DNA from: a virus
Length of the DNA: 64,000 bases
IMG/VR virus record: IMGVR_UViG_3300008113_000012
Span: 32,001 to 96,000 of that record
Reading direction: 5' to 3' (one strand)
Shown here: positions 40,501-48,584 of the stretch, piece after piece
Layout of the letters: each line of letters starts with the position of its first letter
Position numbering within the stretch: the first letter of the stretch is position 1
Translations under genes and position numbers: made by a program
Notes under the pieces: generated by a model
Databases searched by the model: none
What the model saw: only the letters and a program-made list of their open reading frames with translations
What the model was told of the DNA's origin: nothing

Positions 40501-43500
40501 TTAAAAGTTGGCGACCCCGTTGTATTCTCAGGAACAGCAATTGCCGGTAGCGGAATTACTGTTGGAACAACGTACTTTGTATTGACTACTCCAAGTGCTA
40601 CTACTTTAACAATTACTAATGCGCAAAACGGCACAACTCCCGTTAATGTAACAGCTGACGGTACCGGCTCAATGATTGTTAGATACTCATTTGATGAAGT
40701 ATTGTTTGCCAAAGATATAGAAGAATACATTGAAGGTATTGTATATGATTTAGGGTATACTGGAAATTACAAAACTTTACGTGTTGCTGAATTATATAAT
40801 AACACAGTATCTGGATCACAAACAGCTAACATGTTCTATGTTAGTAACGGTACTGGTTTAAGAAACTGCACACTAGCGGGCTTAAGCGGAACATTAACCG
40901 AAAGTAACGACTTTGGAACTAAGCGTCCAACTGCTGGTGCTTACGTAGCTTTAAATCCAGGCTTTGGTCCTAACGACTCGAACGTATGGGTACAACAACG
41001 TTCACATTATTCTCAGAACGTTACTATGTTCGGCGTTGGCTGTTCTGGTGCCAAGATTGATGGCGCTATACATGCTGGCGGTAATCGCTCAATGGTTAAG
41101 AACGACTTTACAACTATTATCAGCGATGGTTTTGGTGTATGGTGTACAGGCGCTAACTCATTAACAGAACTTGTTTCAGTGTTTAACTACTATGGTTATG
41201 CGGGTTACATGGCAGAACTAGGCGGACGTATACGTGCTACTAACGGTAACAGCTCTTACGGTTCATTCGGTGTTATTGCTGAAGGTACTGATACATACGA
41301 GCAACCAATTTTTGCAGTAGTTGACAACGCAGGACAGCAGGCAGTTATTACTGAAACAGTCGTTAACAGTATTGCAGGAACTGTTTCACGCCTTGAATTC
41401 AGCAATGCAGGTACTAACTACACTAACGTAGATATTGGTGTTAGTGGTGACGGTATTAATGCAACTGCCATTGGGGATGAATTCCGTGACGGGGCTATCT
41501 TTGAAACAAGAATTATCGACTTAGATGACGGACAAGGTTTTGGCGGTACTAACTATATCAATGCAATTAACGCTGCTCAAAGTGGCGATACTGCAAGTAT
41601 TACAATTGCCAACTCTGATGTTGCATTATCAACTGCGTACCCTTCAATGCGTATTCAAATTACAGGCGGCTCTGGTATTGGACAATATGCAAATATTTTA
41701 ACATATAATAACGGTACTAAAGTTGCACAGGTTATTAAAGATAGTTTTACAGCATTAACTGTGACCACTACTACAATTACCAATAACTTGTTAACTGTAG
41801 CAAGCACAGCAACTATAACTCCTGGACAACAGATTTATCTAGGCGGAACTGCTAACGGAGTTACGGCAAATGTATTGTACTATGTAAGAACTGCTAACTT
41901 CTCAGCTACACAGTTCTCTGTAAGTCTAACAGGCGCAGCCGGTACAGCAGTAACTATTTCAGCGAACGGGGCAGTAAGTATTCCGTTGTATGCTGCTGGG
42001 TGGGATCATGTAATTCCAGGAACTACTATTGTTGCTGGTTTAGATTTAACATCTTCATATATTATTGAACCTAGAATTAGTTATACAGCTCCAGGTTATA
42101 CTGCTACATCACGTACTATCCCAAGTGCTGCTTACAAAGCTGTTGCATATGGTACAGGTAGATATGTTGCAGTAGGATCAAGTGGAACAACTACTGCATA
42201 CAGCTTAAATGGAAAAGCATGGACAGCAGGCGGTGCACTTGGTGCTAGTGCATCATGGACTGACATAGTGTTTGGTGGTGGACAAGGTGCAGTAGCCACT
42301 GCTCAAGTAGGTGGCTTAGGTGGCGCTGGCGCAGTGTTATCTGTAACAATGGGCGCCGTTAACAGTGTTGGAGATCCTGGTATAGATCAAGTAGTATCAG
42401 TCCAAATTGTCGATGGTGGTTATAACTATACAACACCACCGTCAATTATATTTACAGGTACTGGTCTAGGTGCTGCTGCTACGTGTACTGTACTGAATGG
42501 AAAAATTGATTCTGTAACTATTGTTACTAACGGCTCAGGATATACTGTTGCACCAACAGCAACAGCAGTATCGTCTAGAATTACCAAAATGGATATTAGC
42601 ACATGGGGTCGTGGCTATACTGCTGCTCCAAGCGTGTCTCTAACTGCACCGTTTACAGCAACAGCTTGGACGTCAGGCGGCGCTGCTACAGCAGGCACAT
42701 ACTATTCGTATGTAAACACAGTTGGTTTAGATAATATTACAAATTTCTATCTTGCTGGTGCAAGCGGAACCTTTAGTGCAGCCGCCCCAACATTCCAAAC
42801 TGGAACTGGTGCAAGCGGAATATATGGTGTTGCATTAACTTATGTAGGAACACAGGCTAGAGGTACAGCAGTTTTAAGCAATACTGGTGTAAGCAGTATT
42901 ACTATTAACGATCCAGGATTTGGTTATACAACAACGCCAACAATTACCATTATTGATCCTTTGGCCAAGTTTGTTGCTATTGCAACCGGATCAACAACTA
43001 GTTCTTACTTACCAGCTAGCTCAGCAGTTGGCGCAGCCTGGATTGCAGGCGGCGCACTACCAACTAGTACTATGGTTAGCCTAGCCTACGGCAATGGCTT
43101 CTACGTTACAGTTGGTGGAACATCAAGCGCATCATCGAGTACTACAGGAACAAGTTGGGTACCAAGAACATTACCTACACTAGGAGCAGGCACTTATTCA
43201 TCTGTAGCCTACGGTAACGGATATTTTGTTGCAATCAGTACTGGCAGCAATGCAACAGCAGTCAGTTCTAGTGGCACAACATGGGCAGCAGGCGGCAATT
43301 TACCTTCTAGTACAACATGGACAAGTGTTGCCTACGGTAACGGACGTTTTGTTGCTATTGCAAACGGACCAAGTAGAACAGTTGCCTACAGCATAAACAA
43401 CGGTACAACATGGGCAGCAGCAAGTCCAGGACTACCGTCAAGCCAAGCATGGAGCAAAATTAGCTATGCTCAAGGATTATTTGTAGCAGTTGCTACAGGT

Positions 43501-44949
43501 AGTACAGTGTGTGCAACCAGCCAAGATGGTATCAATTGGGTAGAAAGAACAATGCCTGGCGCATCTTCTAATTGGAGTGGACTAGCATTTGGTAACACTA
43601 GCAGCAATCCGTTGTGGGTAGCAGTAACTACAACTTCAGGAACAGTGGCAGCTTCTCTAAATACTGGAGCAAGAGCACTGGCTCGTATGAGAGTAGTTAA
43701 CGGTACAATTTTCGAAGTTAGAATGGTTGAACCGGGTAGTGCATATCCAAAAGGAACTGTGACTGCTACTACGGCTACTACTAACATTATCAGTGTTGAT
43801 AACACAGAAAATCTAGTGGCTAATCAACCAGTTATCTTCTCAAGTTGCGACACTGGCGGGCTAGTAACTGAAAAACTATATTACGTGATTGGTGCTAGTA
43901 TTGTAACTAATACCAGCTTTCAAGTCAGCCTTGTTGCTGGCAGCGGAACTCCAGTTGTGCTAGTAACTACTACGGGACTAACTGGCAAGTATAGAGCAGG
44001 TGCAATAACTACACAATTTGATCCTAACAAGGTTGTTACAGCAGCATTGAATCCAAGAGCAGGTGACGGCGCCCTAGCTAATCCAAGTTTTAGCAGTAGA
44101 GGTACTGCGTACACTGTTGGTACAACAGTTGCTAACGGTGATGGCTCTGCTAACTTATATCAACCAAGTACATTTATTGCAGTCAGAAACTTATATGCAG
44201 TTCCTCAAGCAGGATCAAACGTGGTGTTTGGATCAATTCCAGGTGTATGGTATAAGCTAGTAGCTGTTACTAATGTGCTCGGTGATCCAGGTGACTATAC
44301 CGGTACATTCCAGATTAGTCCTGCAATCAGTGTGCTACAAGCACCTATTGACGGAGACAGTATAACTACTACAATCAAGTACAGTCAAGTTCGTTTAACT
44401 GGACACGATTTCTTGTATATAGGTACTGGTAATCAAGCAGACACTAACTACCCATTTGTTAATCCAGCAAACGCTGATATTAACAAGCAAACAGTTGCTA
44501 GTGGTGGCGGACGAGTGTTCTTTACATCAACTGACCAAGACGGTAACTTTAACGTTGGCGGATTGTTTGGAGTACAACAGTCAACTGGTACTGCTACACT
44601 AAACGCTGATGCGTTTAACTTGTCAGGATTGCAGAGCTTGCAGTTAGGATCGTTAAATATTGGTACAGGAAGTGCAATTATTAATCAGTTTAGTACAGAC
44701 CCGTTCTTTACTGCTGATAGCGATAACATTGTTCCTACACAAAGGGCAATTAAAGCATATATTACAGCACAAATTGGTGGCGGTCAGAGCTCATTAAACG
44801 TAAATACACTAACGGCAGGTGTTGTGTATATTGCGAATAACTCAATCTCAACTACATCAGGCGGACAGTTAAATATAAAGTCAAAGATGAATTTCACAGG
44901 TGGTATTGACGGGGCACCCGTTGCACTTGGATTCTTCTTCCAAAGATAA
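34528..44949 (+). CDS. Giant modular virion fibre/appendage protein (3473 aa), paralog of 26278-34449, with eight phycobiliprotein-like helical repeats
   Basis: Same AEFK(L/I)GR start, CBM-like repeats, beta-helix, YGNG repeats and C-terminal STDQDGNF.VG.LF.V.Q.TG; central C-x-R-D-x-G repeats. Confidence 0.82.
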   Translation: MAEFKLGRIRFVWKGQWTVGTPYLIDDVVSNGGKSYICVVNHTASSLFDTDLDFTPTKWNIVADGTQWNGDWASGTYYNPGAVVKYGAVVYICATGHTSATYIAPTYLGLEDDLEKWEVFATSFEWKSNWATSTRYKLNDFVVYGGTTYVCTEGHVSAATATLGLEDDSDKWDIFNQGVTYLGDWNDASIRYKENDVVKYGANLWICVDYHTSEDPFDETKWDIFVNGFEFESSWNNSTEYQQGDVVTYGGYSYIAKTININKQPTSNLADWSVYTTGFSFTGEWDVATNYKIGSVIRYGAYTYVSKVDNLGQTPTNTTYWDLLNNGFRWTSTPETYLAVASVGATGLGQGAKFDVTRSNTVYTVTIASGFPGTDYAVGDKVKILGSLVGGTTQANDITLTVTGITGGGSTGPLSTFTWTGAAISWAVDVSYLLGDIVSFSANSYICIDPHLSSLLNRPDADTVGDYWNLLTAGAEYNVLLETGDLVYYGANGPTRLPVGINGQVLRSQDGFPIWANYGLINNLVYVGPLGRDVAYPAAGATIDQPWKTVKFATKQIEEGYLYPNARTLLAKNKQFIMKEITNWVIYTYTVDITESTALTDVFTCASTANLTANMPIEFSGTLGGVTAGQKYYVKTVVSSTTFTISEALGGTLKQLTDATGSMTGTLSYDSDFCERDVGLIVEALKHDIAHGGNSKITLAAKAYYTPAGNAYINSNFGTQKIQTIAAYNYLTTLVVNVLNNEPWRNYQAFNGITNGITQVVDESLPVEAGVTTTVGALMSIITTGINVGNATAIPAPIYPNTTISVKTGTFAEVLPMVISPFTAVVGDELRSTVIQPALANDLLVNDKPKATSALTRISNIVSDVIQNVEITPTSGNTETQLYVGGYAGNSTTTTAVGTKTAIVSAILSGGLGSVPSTVLIDPTGYDAGFENARRLIVLNKAFLQAEIAAYMTVNYNTLWNTTLTAPQRAAWSTEVGYLVDALAYDLTYGGNLESIVTARLYYPSGVFAAHLGVKAAAIAIYSRLVAIINFIAVGDNSPSSWTKSVGNALNQDDSLPHGSVNAGVFAEDRVQEIYTSIDTEDLPLTVEPSITWVTGGLVDAKNAIQSLKAGIQAGAIEYINTNYPTLVYDTAAHAIDVGYLVDAVAYDIMFGANFRSIRVGMLYFRGTASTELSVSTDLPELLDTVTYVDIAIKQITNGQVGSVGSELAVSRAIASADVIYDIVASGLGAVPSLVLPDPVGYDINYSRARAQIVQNYAFIKAEIAAFLNLNYNAVWVSLGATGQAGCARDIGYILDGVRYDITYGGNTQSLIVGSAYYSNYDSTIDLGEIAATVAAYARIKTIIGQIAQAQAVTITPGNAVSQVGVGVSGGNAASATFAQDRVQDVIDWINNGDANATIAPDTTWATSAIETAFAALQDKKTEIVADVTWWVYKNYQDVNFNEELCARDTGYMVDAISYDVAFGSNFAAITAGRALQRATVSATVVTTTQRQAELGAINFLKYKAKTVAATGAVAQTKAIISDVIATINGGSIPRLQWNNPSTITSAYAAATVLLRDNKAFIQAEITAWIDVQIGLGTSGFVGLEFSRAACERDVGLIVEALVYDLTYGYGVGNIGKIATLIAGKAYYSALTGALEIDSGDTTATVAAYNRLKSVAQSVVQDNAVTPSAGNTVSQVRAASGQTVGSGATATSVGTLVDVITNIITNGLTTGVPTITITAVAGGTTFTSGTHNLAVGDVVIPQATGNGLVSGTRYYVASTPLGTTFTLAAYQGGAAITTFTNGTGLTILAEINNLPSTSWVIAGLVTQRNNLQATKATIKNQITAYIETNFPTLSYDSATCERDIGLIIDYIAYDMMFDSNYLTITSARSYFRAQAELVLGGQKEATVASFRYLKTLLLTAVDGDTTATRRLKVLMDIIIDTMVNGTGSTAEVVGTVTYKNDVGMFTGAEVLRLNKNFLAEEATAWIKQNFSGTVTSVTASSDLYTSSAAHNLKVGDPVVFSGTAIAGSGITVGTTYFVLTTPSATTLTITNAQNGTTPVNVTADGTGSMIVRYSFDEVLFAKDIEEYIEGIVYDLGYTGNYKTLRVAELYNNTVSGSQTANMFYVSNGTGLRNCTLAGLSGTLTESNDFGTKRPTAGAYVALNPGFGPNDSNVWVQQRSHYSQNVTMFGVGCSGAKIDGAIHAGGNRSMVKNDFTTIISDGFGVWCTGANSLTELVSVFNYYGYAGYMAELGGRIRATNGNSSYGSFGVIAEGTDTYEQPIFAVVDNAGQQAVITETVVNSIAGTVSRLEFSNAGTNYTNVDIGVSGDGINATAIGDEFRDGAIFETRIIDLDDGQGFGGTNYINAINAAQSGDTASITIANSDVALSTAYPSMRIQITGGSGIGQYANILTYNNGTKVAQVIKDSFTALTVTTTTITNNLLTVASTATITPGQQIYLGGTANGVTANVLYYVRTANFSATQFSVSLTGAAGTAVTISANGAVSIPLYAAGWDHVIPGTTIVAGLDLTSSYIIEPRISYTAPGYTATSRTIPSAAYKAVAYGTGRYVAVGSSGTTTAYSLNGKAWTAGGALGASASWTDIVFGGGQGAVATAQVGGLGGAGAVLSVTMGAVNSVGDPGIDQVVSVQIVDGGYNYTTPPSIIFTGTGLGAAATCTVLNGKIDSVTIVTNGSGYTVAPTATAVSSRITKMDISTWGRGYTAAPSVSLTAPFTATAWTSGGAATAGTYYSYVNTVGLDNITNFYLAGASGTFSAAAPTFQTGTGASGIYGVALTYVGTQARGTAVLSNTGVSSITINDPGFGYTTTPTITIIDPLAKFVAIATGSTTSSYLPASSAVGAAWIAGGALPTSTMVSLAYGNGFYVTVGGTSSASSSTTGTSWVPRTLPTLGAGTYSSVAYGNGYFVAISTGSNATAVSSSGTTWAAGGNLPSSTTWTSVAYGNGRFVAIANGPSRTVAYSINNGTTWAAASPGLPSSQAWSKISYAQGLFVAVATGSTVCATSQDGINWVERTMPGASSNWSGLAFGNTSSNPLWVAVTTTSGTVAASLNTGARALARMRVVNGTIFEVRMVEPGSAYPKGTVTATTATTNIISVDNTENLVANQPVIFSSCDTGGLVTEKLYYVIGASIVTNTSFQVSLVAGSGTPVVLVTTTGLTGKYRAGAITTQFDPNKVVTAALNPRAGDGALANPSFSSRGTAYTVGTTVANGDGSANLYQPSTFIAVRNLYAVPQAGSNVVFGSIPGVWYKLVAVTNVLGDPGDYTGTFQISPAISVLQAPIDGDSITTTIKYSQVRLTGHDFLYIGTGNQADTNYPFVNPANADINKQTVASGGGRVFFTSTDQDGNFNVGGLFGVQQSTGTATLNADAFNLSGLQSLQLGSLNIGTGSAIINQFSTDPFFTADSDNIVPTQRAIKAYITAQIGGGQSSLNVNTLTAGVVYIANNSISTTSGGQLNIKSKMNFTGGIDGAPVALGFFFQR

Positions 44950-44964
44950 TTCGGAGAAATAAAA

Positions 44965-45291
44965 ATGGCATCAGGAAGATTAGGAAACGTAGCAATTTTA
45001 GCGGTACAAAGTCCGCCACAAACAGTGTATACTACTCCAACAGGATTTTACACAGTATGTAATGTGACTATTGTCAATAGAAATACCACTGCTGTGAGAA
45101 TTCGATTGGCAATGGCGTCGGCAGGCACACCAACTGTGCAGGAGTGGATAGAATACGATACAATTATCATCCCAAACGGTGTATTTGAGCGTACTGGACT
45201 TGTACTACAAGCCGGACTAAATATAGTAGTATATTCGGACACAGCCAACTTAGGTTGCACAGTGTACGGAATTGAAACTTCAACAACCTAA
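44965..45291 (+). CDS. Small (~110 aa) structural/adaptor protein, paralog 3
   Basis: TVYTTP...VTIVNRN...IIPNGVFERTGLVL. Confidence 0.7.
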   Translation: MASGRLGNVAILAVQSPPQTVYTTPTGFYTVCNVTIVNRNTTAVRIRLAMASAGTPTVQEWIEYDTIIIPNGVFERTGLVLQAGLNIVVYSDTANLGCTVYGIETSTT

Positions 45292-45307
45292 TTAGTAGAG
45301 ATAACAG

Positions 45308-46003
45308 ATGGCACGTTTTAATAGTAAACAATCGATTATATCAGTAACCGGCACAACTACGTTAACCTACGTTCTTGACGGGGCAGCAATAGTGATGACA
45401 GGAAGTTCTGGTTATGCGTTAACCTTAGCAGGTCCTGCCGCGTTTTCAGGCACAACACAAACTATCTGGAACAACACTGCCAGCGGCGATGTTACTATAA
45501 CTACCGCATCCGGCCAATTTGTCGGATACGGAGCAAGTGCTTCATTATCAATAACACTGCCGTTGAATAATGTTATTAGAATAATTTCAGACGGTACAAA
45601 TTATTTTATTGCTAAAAGTTCATATGTTGACGACATACAGACATTAAAAACTACCTTTAACTTGGCTAACGCAACTGCTACTACTATTAACTTTGGTGGC
45701 GCAGCAACTTCTGTTCGTATTGGTGCAAGCACTGGTACTTCAGTTGTTAAAAATCAATTGATTGTTGTAGGAAGACAAACAAACATAACTGCTACAAGAG
45801 CATCGGGCGATTACACGTATGACGGTACTGGCAAGATAACTAATTTTGTATTTGGTAACAAAACAACCAGTGCTATTACCTATGACGGACTGGGTAGAAT
45901 TAGCGGATTTACAGAAACAATCGTAGACGCAAATGGTAGTGGTACATATACTGTAACAAGAACTGTTACATATACTGCTCGTAATGATCCTATCATAGCT
46001 TAA
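45308..46003 (+). CDS. Fibre-like protein with C-terminal YD-like repeats
   Basis: ISDGTNYF, ATTINFGGAAT fibre motifs; YTYDGTGKIT and ITYDGLGRIS. Confidence 0.6.
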   Translation: MARFNSKQSIISVTGTTTLTYVLDGAAIVMTGSSGYALTLAGPAAFSGTTQTIWNNTASGDVTITTASGQFVGYGASASLSITLPLNNVIRIISDGTNYFIAKSSYVDDIQTLKTTFNLANATATTINFGGAATSVRIGASTGTSVVKNQLIVVGRQTNITATRASGDYTYDGTGKITNFVFGNKTTSAITYDGLGRISGFTETIVDANGSGTYTVTRTVTYTARNDPIIA

Positions 46004-46022
46004 TGAATAAAGAGGAAGATAA

Positions 46023-46925
46023 ATGGATGTCTTAACAAATAATCGAATACAAGTTGCAAACTGTAATATTGCAGGACTAACAACGTGTATAGGAAATACA
46101 AATACATGTGTAGGTAACGTACTTACATGTGTACAAGGTACTAACACCAGTCTTAGTAATACTAACACCTGTGTTGGTAACGTGCTAGGTTGCGTACAAA
46201 GTGCTAACAGTAATATTGGCGGATTGCAAACATGTATTCAAAATACCAACACTTGCAATAGTAATCAGCAAACATGTTTAACTAACATTTGGACCTGCGC
46301 CAACTCTCTGTGCGCATGTTTAGCAGGTAAATCAACAGGTACACTAGGCTACGAACTAATTTCTGGTTGCTCTGGTAACTATGGTTGTATGTGTGTTGCA
46401 AGGCCAGGCAAATTCCAGCACTATGTAATTATGGGATCAGCATGTTGCTGGACACATTATTGCTCGCACATGACTATTGGATTTTACGGAGCCTGCAGTC
46501 AAGGCTGTTCAGCTAATAACGCAGGTAGTTGGTGCTGTAATCAGTGCTCATGCGGTATTATTTACAATTCAAAATGTAACAACGGTTCATATCAATACGG
46601 TTGTGCAGGAAACTTAGCATGGATTTTTGGATGTACTGGCGGATGTTATACTGCCTGTTCAGGCTGTAACTTTACATGGGTTATGGAAGTGATGCCTAAT
46701 AATATTTGTGCATATGATAGAGCATTTAGATACCACATGAAAAGATCACAAGGCGGCGGGAACTATATGTGCTGTACTGGTATTGAAAATGCAGGACATT
46801 CACAGAACTGTTGCGGTGCTGACCCAACTTGTATGCAATACATATGCTTCTCTAACCCAAGTGCTGTATGTTCTTTGGGATGTGCAAATATTGCTATATT
46901 TGGTGTACATCGTCTTGCTTGTTAA
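46023..46925 (+). CDS. Cysteine-rich fibre tip / receptor-binding protein candidate
   Basis: 40 Cys in 300 aa (hand count); N-terminal heptad TCxxNxx repeats; C-terminus (QYICF...NIAIFGV) resembles phage fibre-tip domains. Confidence 0.6.
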   Translation: MDVLTNNRIQVANCNIAGLTTCIGNTNTCVGNVLTCVQGTNTSLSNTNTCVGNVLGCVQSANSNIGGLQTCIQNTNTCNSNQQTCLTNIWTCANSLCACLAGKSTGTLGYELISGCSGNYGCMCVARPGKFQHYVIMGSACCWTHYCSHMTIGFYGACSQGCSANNAGSWCCNQCSCGIIYNSKCNNGSYQYGCAGNLAWIFGCTGGCYTACSGCNFTWVMEVMPNNICAYDRAFRYHMKRSQGGGNYMCCTGIENAGHSQNCCGADPTCMQYICFSNPSAVCSLGCANIAIFGVHRLAC

Positions 46926-46943
46926 TTAATATCGGAAATTAAA

Positions 46944-47417
46944 ATGGATAAATCAGAATTTTATAAACTTTGGCACACTAGGCAAGAAGGTGCCGTGCTT
47001 AACGAGTACGGGTTCCCTCCAGTGTTATGGCTAGCACAACCAATAACAACTGAAGAACAATGGACTGATTTTCTCAATCTAGAAATGGAGCCAGTAGAGT
47101 TTGCAAAGTTAGATAAAGATGCTGCTGACATGCTTGGAATACCGTTTGTTCTTCCTCACGTGTTAGTAAGAAAATATCCTGAACCAACAGATCAACTTGA
47201 CGGGATTTACAAAGCATTATTAGCAATTAAAGAATCTGGAATTGATATAGGCACAGCTGGAACTGAATATTTAGATAGCATAACTGCTGTTAAAACGTCA
47301 GTTCCTAAAACTTATGCACTTCCAGAGGCACCAGATCCTACTATGGGGGTTGAAACTGAAGTACTTCCAGAAGAGACTTTACCAGAATTTCCACCGGACT
47401 ATGAGCCACCAGCATAA
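46944..47417 (+). CDS. Tail fibre assembly chaperone-like protein
   Basis: R..YP...DQLD.IY...I..VK...PK motif typical of small proteins downstream of fibre tips. Confidence 0.55.
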   Translation: MDKSEFYKLWHTRQEGAVLNEYGFPPVLWLAQPITTEEQWTDFLNLEMEPVEFAKLDKDAADMLGIPFVLPHVLVRKYPEPTDQLDGIYKALLAIKESGIDIGTAGTEYLDSITAVKTSVPKTYALPEAPDPTMGVETEVLPEETLPEFPPDYEPPA

Positions 47418-47442
47418 TATCACAATTATATTAGACTAATTT

Positions 47443-47482
47443 GTACCCACATAAATAGAAGCAAGAACTATTATGTGGGTAC
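47443..47482 (+). promoter_or_regulatory. Inverted repeat containing a late promoter and covering the translation-initiation region
   Basis: GTACCCACATAA (47443-47454) / TTATGTGGGTAC (47471-47482); TAAATA at 47452-47457; ATG at 47486. Confidence 0.7.
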
Positions 47483-47485
47483 TTT

Positions 47486-48574
47486 ATGAATAAACCAACC
47501 AAAAAAGCATTTGTTATAAACGGAGGAGTCGGCCGCGTTCTTTGCGCTATTCCTGCATTAGAACACTATGCAAAGCTAAACAATAATGAATTAATTGTTG
47601 TAGCAGAAGCCTGGTCAGAGTTATTTCTATCAAGTAAAATTTTAAGAGACAAAGTTTATCTATTAACTGATAAAAATCTTTTTAATATTTTAAAAGATTA
47701 CGAAATTATTTCTCCCGAACCGTATCGACTTAACGCATACTTTACTCAGAAAGTAAATTTAATACAAGCATTTGACATGCTAATTAATTACGATACTCCT
47801 CCTGAAAAAATTCCTGAAACTAAAAAATTCGATTTAGACATTGGAAAGTCAGATCAAATATTCGGATATACTTCAGTAGAAGAAGTAAAGAAATTATACA
47901 AAAAAGACAAAGTTATTGTATTTCAGCCTTTTGGTAGCGGAATAAAACAAAATGGATCATTTCTATATGATGAAACTGGCAGGTCATTTGAGCCAAATGA
48001 CGTTTACCAAATAATTAAAGAATTATCTAAAAATTATGCTATAATAATGTTTAGTAATTTTAATCCCTTTCCTGAAGGAGAACTTCCAGTAGTTGTACCT
48101 ACTACTGTAAATCTTTTGCAATGGATGGGAGTTGTTAATGCAGCAGACTATTTTCTAGGTTGTGACTCAGTGGGACAACATTATGCCAATGCGCTAAACA
48201 AACCATCAACTGTTGTTATTGGATCTACTTATCCAGAGAATATTTCATATCCAGATAATTCAAGATTTAAAATATTTGATCTAGGTAAAGATAGACGAAA
48301 GTATTCTCCTCTTAGAATAACTAATGATTTTGCAGTAGAACGCAATAATGAATCTTTAATGGTTTTAGATAAAGATCAGTTAAAATCAATTATTAAAAGT
48401 ATTCAACATGTACTAGGTACAAAAAATAATTTTGTAGCAACACCGGAAACTAACATATCTATACCTAATAATGCCTGCTGCCCGCCAAATACTCCAGAGT
48501 TCATGAAACCATCATTGCCAGCAACACCGGCACCATTAATAACAAATAATACACTAACTGAAATAAAAAAATAA
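47486..48574 (+). CDS. Glycosyltransferase, GT-B fold, GT9 (heptosyltransferase)-like
   Basis: GGVGRVLCAIPAL, IVFQPFGS, AADYFLGCDSVGQHYANALNKPSTVVIGST, compared with the GT9 G.DSG..HLA.A motif. Confidence 0.75.
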   Translation: MNKPTKKAFVINGGVGRVLCAIPALEHYAKLNNNELIVVAEAWSELFLSSKILRDKVYLLTDKNLFNILKDYEIISPEPYRLNAYFTQKVNLIQAFDMLINYDTPPEKIPETKKFDLDIGKSDQIFGYTSVEEVKKLYKKDKVIVFQPFGSGIKQNGSFLYDETGRSFEPNDVYQIIKELSKNYAIIMFSNFNPFPEGELPVVVPTTVNLLQWMGVVNAADYFLGCDSVGQHYANALNKPSTVVIGSTYPENISYPDNSRFKIFDLGKDRRKYSPLRITNDFAVERNNESLMVLDKDQLKSIIKSIQHVLGTKNNFVATPETNISIPNNACCPPNTPEFMKPSLPATPAPLITNNTLTEIKK

Positions 48575-48584
48575 AGGAAGTACA

